The notes under the pieces were generated by a model that did not search any database, was not told where the DNA came from, and saw only the letters and a program-made list of their open reading frames with translations. Positions 25,957-38,700 of a DNA stretch of 64,000 nt are shown piece after piece. Positions within the stretch are counted from its first letter, which is position 1; every line of letters begins with the position of its first letter. The DNA lies in contig NOWV01000212.1 in assembly GCA_003344405.1 (NCBI GenBank), forward strand, positions 1-64,000. The letters are read 5' to 3'. Source of the stretch: Trichoplax sp. H2. Its lineage: Eukaryota. A program made the translations under genes and the position numbers.

Positions 25957-28462
25957 TTAAATCCATGATAGCAAGTACAGTAGTCCTACAATCAAAATAT
26001 TGCTGTTCACTTTCACAGCTCCATTATTTGCTGTAGCGTAGGAATAACCGTAGTCGGAGGATATCATCATCTTCTGACCATTTCTATCTGGAAATCCACT
26101 GCAGACATACATACTCTCAAATACGATCCTCGCAATGGGCGATAAACTATAGAATGAAAATATAGAAAAGAATGATAAATGAAAGTTTAGTTTGTACCAG
26201 ATATTGGCTAGCTTTCATGTTGATTCACCAGCTCAATTACTCGAATAAAGAAATAAACTCATTAAAAGTACATCTTACTACTCTTTTTGACATATACTAA
26301 TATAGAAAAGAATCAATTTTCTCCTACAAGCATGATTCTTTCCTAGTATCACTGCTCAAGACATAATTTGCATTTTGAAAATGTAGCAGATGAAAATGTG
26401 AAGTTGAGATGGATCTTAAAAGTGTAATTCATATTTTTACTAATGGATTTATTCATTTCTCTGCTCAAAATTGAGGAACCTAATGATCATGATACGACTA
26501 GTTGCGTAACAGAATTATGAAATCACGACTAAATTATTCATTATGGTTTAAACAAATCAGATTACCAGTATTTTGAACTGCTCTCGCTGTCTACATTAAT
26601 TTTCAGTTTTTGATGCAACCGCTATTTTCAGCAGTAGTTTTCTGGTATTATTTGAAAGCCATGTAATTTAAAGCTATATTATGCCTGGGTGATTTTATAG
26701 GAGGCCAGTGCTCGCAAACCGTCATAAAATCATTTGTATCTGTATCCTAATTACTGGAAAGCTATCATCAGTTACAAATACTTGATTTTACACATTCGTA
26801 GCAACTGTAAATGATGTTTAATGAATTTAATAAGGGTTCAAATGATATCTAAGGTAGGAATCTTAATGCTACAACGTAAACATTCCTCGAAGTTGTTAAA
26901 ATTCATTTAATTATAGCAGCAGTATTAATGTATAACTGTCGATATAGCTCAAAATCTCTTTATACTGAAATAGATATATACAGAGTCAGTAATTTTAAAC
27001 GCTGCTTATCAATATTACAGCTGGTAATGTAAAATTGCAAAAGTGACAGTAAAATGAAAGTTTCCGTAGCTAAAATTGGAACATATAATGCATAATAATG
27101 ATGAATGATACAAATACTCGTATAATAGAATCGAACTGACCATTTCATTGCAGCTTGGCAAGACTGTGTTGTAGTCACGGTAACTACCTTTTTTGCATCT
27201 TTGGAACAGTATGGAAGGCTATTACAGACTATTTCCATCCACTGATCAATACATTCCTTAGTGGTATTCATCATGGTTAAACCTTGCTTAAAGTTGTCTA
27301 TGTTTTTACCCTGTGTTGGCAAGAAGGGGATGATCCAAGCAGGGAATTGGATACCACTAGGTAATTTACCGCAGATTGGGGCATTTATAGCGGTAAGAGA
27401 AGTCTTTGCACAAGTATTTAATGAATATTCCTTTGATGATTCCGAACAAAAGAACTTTCTAAAATCTTCAGGGAGTTGCAATGACGGAATAGCGGAACCG
27501 CAGGTTAGCGATGTTGCACATCCTGAACTGTAGTCGGGAGTAATGATGGTGGTTCGATCATCTGAGCAGCGCGGCAATGATCCCTTACAGATAGTGTTTC
27601 TCAGAGAATTTCTGCAACTGCTGTTTAAGGAAGATTGAAGTAGTGGCCAAGAAGTTCGAATCGATTCTAGAAAACCTGTATAGCGCCGATAAGGAATGGT
27701 GGGGACCATATAATTGACGTTGCAAAAGGATCTAATTTTGCTACTGGGAAGTATACAATCGTCGAGATTGCCGTCTACCCATACTGTAAATTTTGTATCT
27801 CTTTTCGCTGTAGTTTGCTAGGTAAGAGAAATAAAATATATCATGGAGCAGAATCATTCTCATTAAGATGTGCATTTCCGTATTAATTTCAGTACGTCAT
27901 TTTGAAAATTTCTGTGCCTATATTAATTTATGTTGAAGAGCAAAAGTAGTATTCACGTTAACCTAATAAACTACGACTAAATTAAAATTTCATCAATTTA
28001 TATAACACCTATAGACTGCTTTAATTAATGAAACATTCTAGTTAATATGAGGAAATGGATTTGTTATAATTAGACTTTTAACGTGATGATTTAGCAAAAT
28101 ATGGAGAAGAATTTGACGCAAAGACGATTAGAACTAGACAAATAATAACCTGGTAAGGTATAGCTAGCTATAAATGAGATACTACATAGATTTAAAATTT
28201 TCATTATATCCACTATTATTATATGAAACCGGGTTGATTAAAATAAAGCATATTCAATAGATAACAACTGATTACGTTATCATAATTATCAAGATAGATA
28301 AGATATTTCCTACACCAACTTAAGTGGCTAATTGATTGAGTAAATCTTTGCTTACGTTGCATATATACAAACCTGTTCTCTTCGTTGAAGCGTAGAAGCT
28401 TTACTACTTTGAGCTAAGAGCGAGGTCGATAAAATTGCTAGAACAGCTAGAATGAATTTCAT
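25957..28462 (-). CDS. Secreted, probably GPI-anchored protein with two tandem 8-Cys Frizzled-like cysteine-rich domains (318 aa, 3 exons)
   Basis: Exons 28373-28462 (MKFILAVLAILSTSLLAQSSKA..., signal peptide), 27141-27817 and 25957-26146 join in frame across GT-AG introns (phase 0, then phase 2 splitting a Cys codon TG|T). 16 Cys in two repeats, each containing C-x8-C-x3-LPxC; C-terminus ...ANNGAVKVNSNILIVGLLYLLSWI*. Confidence 0.82.
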
Positions 28463-28780
28463 AGCTCCAAAGTTTTTTCCTTTAAACAGTTAAAATTGTC
28501 ATTAAAAATATCGATTAACAAATGATGTTCCATTACATAAATGATGATTTAATAAATGAAAATCATTTATAACTAGATAATTAATTATTAATGTATTAGT
28601 CCGATTTCCCATTGAAATTAGGAGACAGAAAAATAGCTAAATAATAATGTAATAGAAAAAGTTTTATTATCTAGAGATAACTGGTTGAGCTGGAGTAAAT
28701 GATTGGACTTATAATGCCAAATCTATCTTCATAAAACTCATTATGATTTTAACACAAAGTTAGGTTAATTATTATTAGTG

Positions 28781-28960
28781 TGCTACGGTACATTAAGCTT
28801 TTTTGACTACTAAAACTTATTTTAATCGAGTAAAATTCTTATAAATAGTATTGCCTCGCGAAATATATCTTAATAGCAGTGTGAGAGAATTGTTCTATAT
28901 TAAGCCTTTTTGGCTATAAAACTTATTATAAATGAGTAAAATTATTATGAATAGCATTGT
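28781..28960. repeat. Degenerate two-copy tandem repeat (~105 bp period) upstream of the CRD gene
   Basis: attaagc.ttttt(g)..cta..aaaacttatt.taa..gagtaaaatt.ttat.aatag.attg occurs at about 28792 and 28899. Confidence 0.7.
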
Positions 28961-31900
28961 AATGAATGGTGCACGAGAAATACTTTACGTCTTGTACAAT
29001 GAAGAATGTATTAGACTGACAAGTGCATTTATCAAGAATGGTTAGAAATGCACCGGTATAAATCAAGGAAATAAAAATGCAGACTCTATTATAAGTAGAC
29101 TGCACAAATGTTGAGATACAGCACTCAGATTATCAATGCAGCTATTTCCTCATTTGTAAAGCTATTTTAAGGTCAGAATGCAATAGAAAATAGTAAACAT
29201 TAATATAAAATAATGGCATACAATAAATGATATTAGGATATATTGCTAATGCTAAGATGATCATCTTGGAATACGATTACTGAGATATCATAGTCGTAGC
29301 TCTGAAACTCAGCTATTTCCTTTACATCGAAAATGCTAAGTTTTACTCGTGTGGATCTTCCTTAATACTATTTCGCTAAGATAACGTGGATATTGTATTA
29401 AACGGAAAACGACTTATAGTCTAAAAATTATATTGGTTTATAAATTAATTATTAGAACGCCATTTGTTATGTAATTTAATTTGATATAGCCTTACAGATA
29501 AGAATGTCGACTACATATTAAGCTTTTAATAAGTTTAAAATATACGCAATCTACTATTCTCCATCGTTATAATTGATCCATCTTAGAAATTTGCAAGAGG
29601 ATAAGCTCTGTTTCCATTTATCTTATAAGGTAAAGTAAATATCTCAGACAGAGTAGGAGCTGATAAATTACCAATCCATGTAATAGATGTTGTAATCTTA
29701 GTTTGTAATCGCGTACGCTTTAGAGTGTAAATTACGCGTAAAGGACGCATCAGTCTTTGCTGTACGCACGTGTCGATACGAATACTTGGATTTGAATATT
29801 ATAATATTGAACTATTACAGAGTCAGTTGGTTTCTCAGAGCTAGCATTTACGGGCAGTGTAGTTAATAGAGAATTAAAGTATTACTTAACTGAAGATCAT
29901 CAAGTTGTTGTGAGCTAGGAGATCGAACATATCCTCTATCTGATAGTCAGAGTACCTCATGAGCTATCCCCAGCTTCGTCTCATAACGGTATAACGAACA
30001 GTAACAATAGCCTCTTTATAACACAGGTAACTGACAGGTATAATTAATCAGACGTTGAATAATCTGAATCTGAAGCTGAACATTTGAGTTAGGCATATAG
30101 AATCAATGCCAAAATATATTAGATCAATCATACTTTAATAAGCATCGATTAGTATCTTATTGGTGTTTTTGTATGATATCAATGGTCAATTCGTAGAAAC
30201 TGGCAGCAATGAAATGAGTAAGTTAACCTCTGCAAAGTTTAATAGCCAAATTCCTATCCTGTGGTAGGGCATATTAATTGCCTGCTTTTATTGCAGCAGC
30301 TGCACATCATATATAGTGTCATGTCAATAGCGATCGAGTATATGAACAAATTAAAATCTAGCTGCAGTATCTTCTCAGAAAATAAAGTATTTCCATCAAC
30401 ATACATTATAATATAAACTTGCATTAGAGTCCTACTTAGAGATGCCTATTAATTATACAAAGTACCACACCTATAATGATTGAGGTTATGTACCTATTAA
30501 GATCTAACCGCAGAATTATCTCAAGCATTAAAGTATTTCAATTTATAATTGTTATACCAAAACCCGCAATAAGGTTCCACAGAAAAGAGCGATTATAATC
30601 TTCGGGAATCTACTAGATTATTTAAAAAATACTTAAGAATCATGGTAGTGTTACATTGTGATGACTAAGTTTCCTACCCAGTACTCATTTGGAAAGCTGT
30701 CATACCTAAAAACTATAAACAAAATTAATTTATGATGTACAAGCTATAACGAAGCCTGCATTAATTAATTCTATTTATTTTGGCTTCATTCGATGGAATA
30801 AATAAAAAAATTATTGGCCACCTATCGCGTTCTTACAGAATATGTCTCGGCAAGTCCCATATTATCATGAGCCGATTGCTTGTAATCTTGTTAAATTTAC
30901 GCTACCAAAGATTTGTTGACATTATAATTATGATTTTGCATGACTAATTAAATTATTGTGTAGGATATCTATCTTGCGATGCTGGCTAATAGGAATCAAT
31001 ATTATGTATTATGGTTAGGTGAGCATATAGAAGCATCACGACTTTTGGAAATTGAGAATCTAAGATAGGGCTTCCTATAAAAATTGTCACCTATAGAATA
31101 AGACTCATCGCTAGATTTATGAAAGCTTGTTTATGCATAGAACGTACAAGCTCATCATGAAAAATTATTTACAAAGGCACAACCAGTCACATCTAGATGA
31201 TATCTACGCGTTGATATTAGGTGAAAAGGTAAAATAAAAATTTAATTAATGCAGTAACTAGTTCTAGCCTTCTAGTAAACTGTTATGAATATCTACATAG
31301 GCATTACTAAGGACTATTTTACCTGTTTTATGTTGTTATTAATCAGTATATTTTAATTAAGAATTAAATAAAAGGAATGATGCCAAGGTTGGGGCTCTTA
31401 ATAACATTTTGATCGTACATAATTATAATTTGGAAATTATGATTAATGGTCATGCAGCTTTAGCGGGTTGTTACTATTAATTCTCTCGAAAAAATGATTA
31501 TAGCCGTTTTATCTATGTTCTATAACTAATAATATGTTTGGATAACAAATCAGAAAGAAAGGATTAAAATCCAGACTCAATTAATAATGTCTAGACGACA
31601 GGAAAATAGCTGATCTAGGACAAAAAAATGGTTATATTTAGTACCCGCTGGCTTTAATTATACGTCATTATTAATGGCAATATCCTAGTCATCTGACTAC
31701 TTTCTACATCTTAAGTAACTATAGATGGATGTAATTGGATTATAATTAAATTAGAAGGAAAGTGTAAAATCTAGTCGAAATAGTACAGTAGCATATAAAA
31801 GGCCTATTGGTTTCTCTTTCTATGATACTATAGACTAGATTACACAACTTTAACCGTAAGCCCCATTGCAGTATCATCCAGACGTAGGCTACTATTCCGA

Positions 31901-33639
31901 TAATCGAACTTTTATATGAACATCAAATCACAACGAATTCTTATACTAGATCGATAAATACAGCCAAAGAATACAACTAAAATCGGGCTATAATAGATTA
32001 GAAATGATCCGATCGGATACATCATAGATCCGAACTGTTCTTTAAAATTTTGATTTATGTATTTTAGCAGTTATAAGCTTCTATAGTATCACTGGTCAGC
32101 AGAGATTTAGTTTACACTTAATATTGGCTACGGTATTTAATAATTACATCAGGATCTTTTATAACAGCTTGCTTTGATTGCTACTTCTTTATAATGTGAA
32201 TGCTTATATCCTTATAACAAGATTGATATATCTTTTCGAGTTAAAAAAGCACCCTTATAGTTATTATGTGGTTATCATGACCTGTTGACTTGAATAAGAT
32301 GCAAAATTAAGACAATAAAATAGTTATAAAACATCAATTGATCATAATTTTCGTAATTTTATACTAGAATTGTTGACTGATTTGAATGATGATCTGAGAA
32401 TCGTTGTTACGTAAATATCGAAGAAAAAAATTGGAAAAGCGCCTGCTATTATTAACATTTCGAATATTTTCCCTTTTAACTTTTTGACCAAAATAGACAT
32501 AGGTCATCCCTAATTATATAGTCTAAATTTCAAGTAAGAAGGGAATTTAATAAATACAATAAAATAGATTAAAGTTGTCATAGTAAAAATATAACGAAAA
32601 AGTAGCATAAAGTAAAATAAATGCCAAAGTAACGAGCTTAAAAATAAAATGAATTTGATGGTGGAGTAGAATATGTACAGCTGATATTGAACAAGAAAGC
32701 TGCCCAAATTGAATGGAATAATTAGAATGAAATTAGCTATCATCCAATGCCTAATCGACTTACAGTTATTAAGAGGGCTAAATAAGCCTGTAAGGATGTA
32801 GAAAATCTTCGGCTTAGCAGGTATAGCAATGATTTTCCCCAATACTCCCGCCAACTACATTACCTCTTGTAGCTTGTCGTAGGCGTTGGTAATGTCATCA
32901 ACATTTAAATTTACAACCTATCGTCTTGTAAAGTAATCACAACAATTGAATCATTAAAATAAATAATCTCATCAAGTTCATATCCTCTGAAATTCTTAAT
33001 TCATATTAAAAAAATAATCAATCAACTGATCTGCTACATCTAATATATTAAATCTATCAGCACATTTATTAACTTGCTTACCAGGAAAATCTTTTACTTA
33101 AATTTTAGCATTACATTGCTAGAATAAGTCAAGGACTATTTAGTAGCTATAGTATTCAGAGTTCTATTCTTTAGCCATCAGCTGAAACGATATTAAGAAC
33201 GATGATAGTATATCATAATGTTGTTGGATAGGTTATGTTAAAGCTATATTGTGTAGGCTATTTGAAAATAAGAGTATATACCTATTAATTATCAAAATAC
33301 GGTACTAAAACCGGATATTGTGCATAAATTTGCAATGAACAAATCGTTTTAGGGTTCACGCATCATCTTTTGACTAGATCTAACAGATTATTATTTATTT
33401 ATTCTACTGGTATATGGATAGTAATCTTAATAATTCAACAGCTAATTCTTAACGACTAAATTAGTAAACAATATAATAACCATGAAATCTTCTGACTAAT
33501 TCTAGAAAACTGTTCAGCTAGACGTTCATTCATAGAATCATTTTATAATATAACCTATTATCGGTTATTATCAATCGGATTTTATATCGTAATACGAGTA
33601 GTAACTTTACATTTAGTAGGAATGGCATAAATATACAGA

Positions 33640-34720
33640 ATATTTGGTGCTTTATTTGATTTCTGGTCAAAAATATATTATCTTTTAGTATAGTTTCAAT
33701 TATTATACGCGCACTTTTAAGCAATGCAACTGCCAGTTCAGTTAACTCTGTTCTATACCAGAAGTGTTTTTCGTAAGCAAGCTATGTACAGACTCCGTTC
33801 GTACTAACTATCTAGTTAAAGAAGTGTGGTACTATAATCGAGGGGATAGGAGCTTTAATTTGTTGCCATACTAAGAGATTTCGTTCTATCTTTTAAAGTC
33901 CTTAACATAAGTACACAATAACTTTAACTCAGAAGTTGTGACGAATTGAATTAACCTTGCTCTATATAGAAGTCATTTTTATGCTGTTGAGATAGTCTAC
34001 TCAATAACAAACATCATCTTTGAAGTATATGAGACTCTTATACGCAAGATTTGCTAATTTATTTGATTTCTGATCTGAAAAATATCGTCTTCTAGTAAAT
34101 TATATATCAGATTTTTAGGCTTTAAAGCAAAAGTAATTACCAGTTGAATTAACTCTACTTCATATTAGAATTATTCGATTTAAGCAGGCAGTGTATAGGT
34201 TATGCTATGAAACCTATTTTATTGACAATAATATTGCCAATCTATGTCAAAAGAGTAAAGAGCTATTTTTTTCAAGAATTTGTGCTTAATTAACTCCTAG
34301 AAAGATACTATCTTCTAAACATTAACATTGTTTTATTTAAGTTGGCAGTGTATAGGCTGTGTTGTGAAACTTATTTTATTTGCGGTAATATTAACTTTAT
34401 AACAATGGATTATAGTGCAATTTTATAGAAGAATGATTTAACTTCTAGCTTAAAAGATATTATCTCCAATGCTGTTAAAAGTATATATTTTAAACTAGAG
34501 AAGCAGCAATTGTTTGCTGAATCAACTCTAATTTATGCAAGAATTACTAGAGTAATAGAGACAATCTGCTAACAATTTATAATCATCGAGGAAATTTCGA
34601 ACTTTATTTGACTTCTTGCTTACAAGATGTCACCATTTAATCCACTTGAAATTTTTTAATACTTTTTTAAACTAAAGAAAAGAATCATGATAACTGAATG
34701 AACTCTATTAATTATGCACT
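33640..34720. repeat. Highly degenerate repeat array with several homologous segments
   Basis: Recurring segments of the form tttatttga(t/c)ttct...aa(a/g)at.t..tct...aactct at about 33650, 34058, 34435 and 34603. Confidence 0.5.
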
Positions 34721-35565
34721 ATGACCTACAGTATGTTGTTTTTGTTACGTTGATTACTCTAAAGGTATTATCTCGGAATTCCCTAACGGTGGTTCCATTT
34801 TACGTGGAAATAACGATCTTGACGAATTTAACGTACTATATCTATATTAAAACCGGTAGATATCTTTCAACAAGGTACATGTAATGCTGAATAAGTTCAC
34901 TACATACAGTCATAATTTGTGCTCTTTTAGTCGGGGTCAATTAGCCAGCAGCGAATAATTAATACGAGCAAGCAATGGTAGGCTCAACAATTTAAATATT
35001 AACTTTATTATCATGAATGCTATGTAGACATAACAATGTCATCATGAACCCGGCAATACATTACTATAATGAAGATGTGACAATAATACTGTATCATTCA
35101 GTTATGTTCCACGGTACAATATGATATTGATCGAATTCTTAATCGATTATACTACAGTATACGATACCTACGAATTGAATGATTACATTGCAGTAATATA
35201 CGAGATTATACAATATGCACTGCACCAGAATTACAATTTATGGCTAAAATAAAGATAAAGTGATATATCATTAAAGCTAGCCAATTTCACTAAGTTAAGT
35301 GAAGGAATAAATAACACCAATACAGATTCTGCGATAACACAGTATCATCTACCTTAATAAAGCCCAAAAGTTGATCAACTTTTTGTATTAATCAATATTA
35401 GTATATTGTTATAGAGCAGACAACAAAGGAATAACTAGTAACGACAAATAATAACTAATTTAAGAGATGTAGAAATTACTAAAATATGATAAAATGAGTT
35501 ATGCTCGGTTATGGCGTAATTTTAATTAAGCAAACTTTGAATATGTAACATCTCTATGAGATGAT

Positions 35566-35652
35566 CTAGAAGAAATGCAGAATCATCCGTCAAAAATTTG
35601 AGAAGTCATAATTCTCTTTCAATTTCTGACATCATAGGACATCTACTTCTAG
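35566..35652 (-). promoter_or_regulatory. Eukaryotic SECIS element (form II) in the selenoprotein T 3' UTR
   Basis: Minus strand: CTAGAAGtagatgtcct-ATGAT-GTCAGAAATTg-AAA-GAGAAttatgacTTCTC-aAATTTTTGAC-GGAT-gattctgcattt-CTTCTAG. This gives an AUGA...GA core, helix II of about 10-11 bp, an unpaired AA(A), an apical GAGAA/TTCTC ministem and lower helix I, starting about 105 nt after the stop codon. Confidence 0.92.
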
Positions 35653-35756
35653 CCAACCGACATAGAGACAACATTGAAGCCTGATTTTCACCAGTAGCAA
35701 GATTTAAACTACTAGTGGATGGCTATTTTCTGTACATTGTACAATTTAGAAACGCT

Positions 35757-38700
35757 TTATATTGATTTGAATGAATATTGCTGTTGGATGATTTGTTGTA
35801 ATTCATCTGCTGAAGGTAGCCGTCCTGAATTTAATTTTGACCAAACATTGATACCTTCAAAGTATAGATTGATCAACGACAAAACGTAAATGATTAGCAA
35901 AGGTAAAATAATCACATCAGTACTAAAATTTACTGTCAACATGACACTTTCATATTTTATTACCAAGAAACAATTCATGAAACTTTATTGTGTACGCAAC
36001 TTTATTAAGAGTCATGCTAAATAGCTAATGTAACAAATATAAAGCAAGTTAATCTGCAACATTCATTCTTGAAGGTATCACCATTGTCGGTGCCTTGAAT
36101 AATATTACATACTCCATATAAAAGTAAAAGTAGTGCTAACGTTGACAGTATATTTACCATTTAATGTTACTTCAAAGGCCCCAGTTGATAAAAGCTGCTG
36201 TTCCAAACTGTTCAGTAAAAAAAATATGATCATGCAGGCAGTTATCTAGATAGAATTAAAGATAAAAGTGTTTAGTCTAATTCCCAAGCGGACTATTGTA
36301 CTTATATAATCTGACTTGGAAGCGCAAGCAACCCTATTTTGATGAAGATTCTTCAAAAAGAGCAAATGGTTAGAAAACCTCCAAAAAACGAATATTTCGT
36401 GTGACGTCATTGATACATTTGACATGATAATTATGAAATATGCTGCTCTTATTTTACTAAACTCTATCGATTTCGAGGATATCTAAATGAATGTATAAAT
36501 TAGACTGAATGATAAAGACACTTGTGAAAGTTGAATGCTTAGACAACCTAAATCGTATATACTTTATCTATGGTCAATCGATACATTTATTACCCTTTAC
36601 GATCAAAACATGACAATTGTGAAATAAACTGGACTTATCCTACTAAACTCTATCGATTTCGAGGATGTACAAAATATTGTATTAGCCTAAATGATGACGA
36701 CTCTTCTAGATAGTTAAATCGTTACATAACCTAAACCGTATATTTGTCGATAGTCGATTAATGCATTTTACTACCCTTTACGAGTAAAACACGACAATAT
36801 GAGAAAAGTTGGATTTATACTACTGAACTCTATTGATTTCGAGGATGTACAAAATATTGTATAAATTAGACTGAATGATCAAAACTCTTCAAGAAAGCCA
36901 AATGGTCAGATAAACTAAACCGTATATTTTGTCTGTCGTTAATTGATACATTTGTTACACTTTACGAATAGAACATGACAACGATGAAATACACTGCATT
37001 TATCCTACTAATAATATCAATCGATTCCGAGGCTATACAAATGATCTTATAAATCAGACTGAACTTCAGAAAAGAATATCCATAAATATACCTATGCAAA
37101 CCTTTGTGAGTTACGTACTACCATACGTTATCGATACAATAGCAGCATAATATACTATGTAGTAACAGTTAACCGCTAACAAGGCATCACTTTCCATCCC
37201 AAACATGTCGTATCCTGCAACTGGGAAAAAGGAATAGTTTTACTTACTTTATTTTCGTTTGCCCAAAGGTAAATAGAGGGACGTCCTAAATTGAATCCAT
37301 CTAACAAACGCTCAGCAAATCCACTGACTAGTAAACCAATCAGGGCTAATTTAAACGTGTTGATGAACCGCGATAATAGTACACGACTTGCCGGTGGGGG
37401 ATAAACGTCTCCTTCTACATTAATGCTAGGAAAACTTGATTGCAGAAACTGAGAGTACTGCTGGAATGCATTCCGGTAACCTCAGGAAGCACTATCCATT
37501 GCAAATCGTTGATATCATCGGAACAGATGGTAAAAAAGGAGAAAAAAATAAGATTTTTGTCCTATACGCCGAAATGATATCGTTCATCACATCAAATTTA
37601 CAATCTCTTACATAACTTTATGTCAATTTATTACTTTAACGAAAAGACGTAGTGGTTACATTACGTCATTTCAAACAGTACATCCTAGAGGAATTATTGT
37701 AGAAATTTTTAACACTGTTGGCAGCTATTTGATCCATAAGTCGAGAAATATGGATAATTATTATATTAATGTTATCATCTATTGCTCACTAATAATCAAA
37801 ACACTAGGCATACACACAACAATAGGCAATTATTCAGTATTCATTAAACCATTGGTAAATTTCATGTCTGTTTCCAAGATATCTATTAGAAAATCATGCT
37901 CACTCAAGGCTTACGCTAAATCCCCTCCAATCGATATTTCGTTTTATTTTATACAAGAACATCTATCAGTCATAAAACTTTCAATTTCATCAATAGTAGA
38001 GTAATCCATGGGAAAATATTGGGTTCTAGGATCCTACTTGTATTGTGACGACAAGTACAGTCTGAGGAATTAATTTGAATTCTATTTGATCAGTTCTCGC
38101 TTGAACGTTGCTATAACTATTCTATTGCTGCATGATGACAGGTGCTTTCAACTGTAGCCTACTGTATATTTACGGTATTTATCTCTATCTGGAGCCAATT
38201 TCATTTCTGCACTCTAAAAATGTGATTATAATCATGACAAAAGTCTAACGTGGCTAGACGGCGTATTATTCAAGGCTTAAATGAATAAGACGGCGGGCAA
38301 CGATATTATTCCACACCTAGAATAACGACACTGAAAGCAGGCTTTTGTTGGTATTGTAGTCTAACACTTTAATTAAGGGGGAAGAAGTGGCAAGTAGTAA
38401 AGGCCAGATATCAATTTATCAAGATTGCGGTAAATCTTTTCAGGCGTAGAATTCAATCTTGAGATTGTTGATGACTTGAGCCAATACGTTAACCTTGTAT
38501 TTCAATTCATTCTAATGTTGGGCAAAGTCGAAGTAGACTGTTTACTAAATTATTCTATTGAGAGTAGGCTGTTAAAAAAGTAACCTAAGCAAAGAGGAAA
38601 AACTCTTTCTTTAGAACTACCCTTTGGAGTTGAATGCTTACTCTCGCCAAGTCTCTCGATCACTAGCTGTAGTCGGTATGGTATAGGTTGACAAGATTTT

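Noticed and set aside
26960..27140. Hydrophobic C-terminal extension of the 249-aa ORF in the track
   Set aside because: Intron read-through; a GT donor at 27140 matches the paralog's intron position and joins the exon at 26146.
32510..32920. 114-aa hydrophobic ORF and an exon-like segment (VVNLNVDDITNAYDKLQE) on the minus strand
   Set aside because: Non-ATG start, AT-driven composition, and no partner exons or homology that I could identify.
37110..37225. Alternative SelT exon after the acceptor-like cccagttgcag just downstream of exon 2
   Set aside because: The implied intron is only about 25-31 nt and the peptide does not match SelT; exon 36158-36245 fits in phase and in homology.
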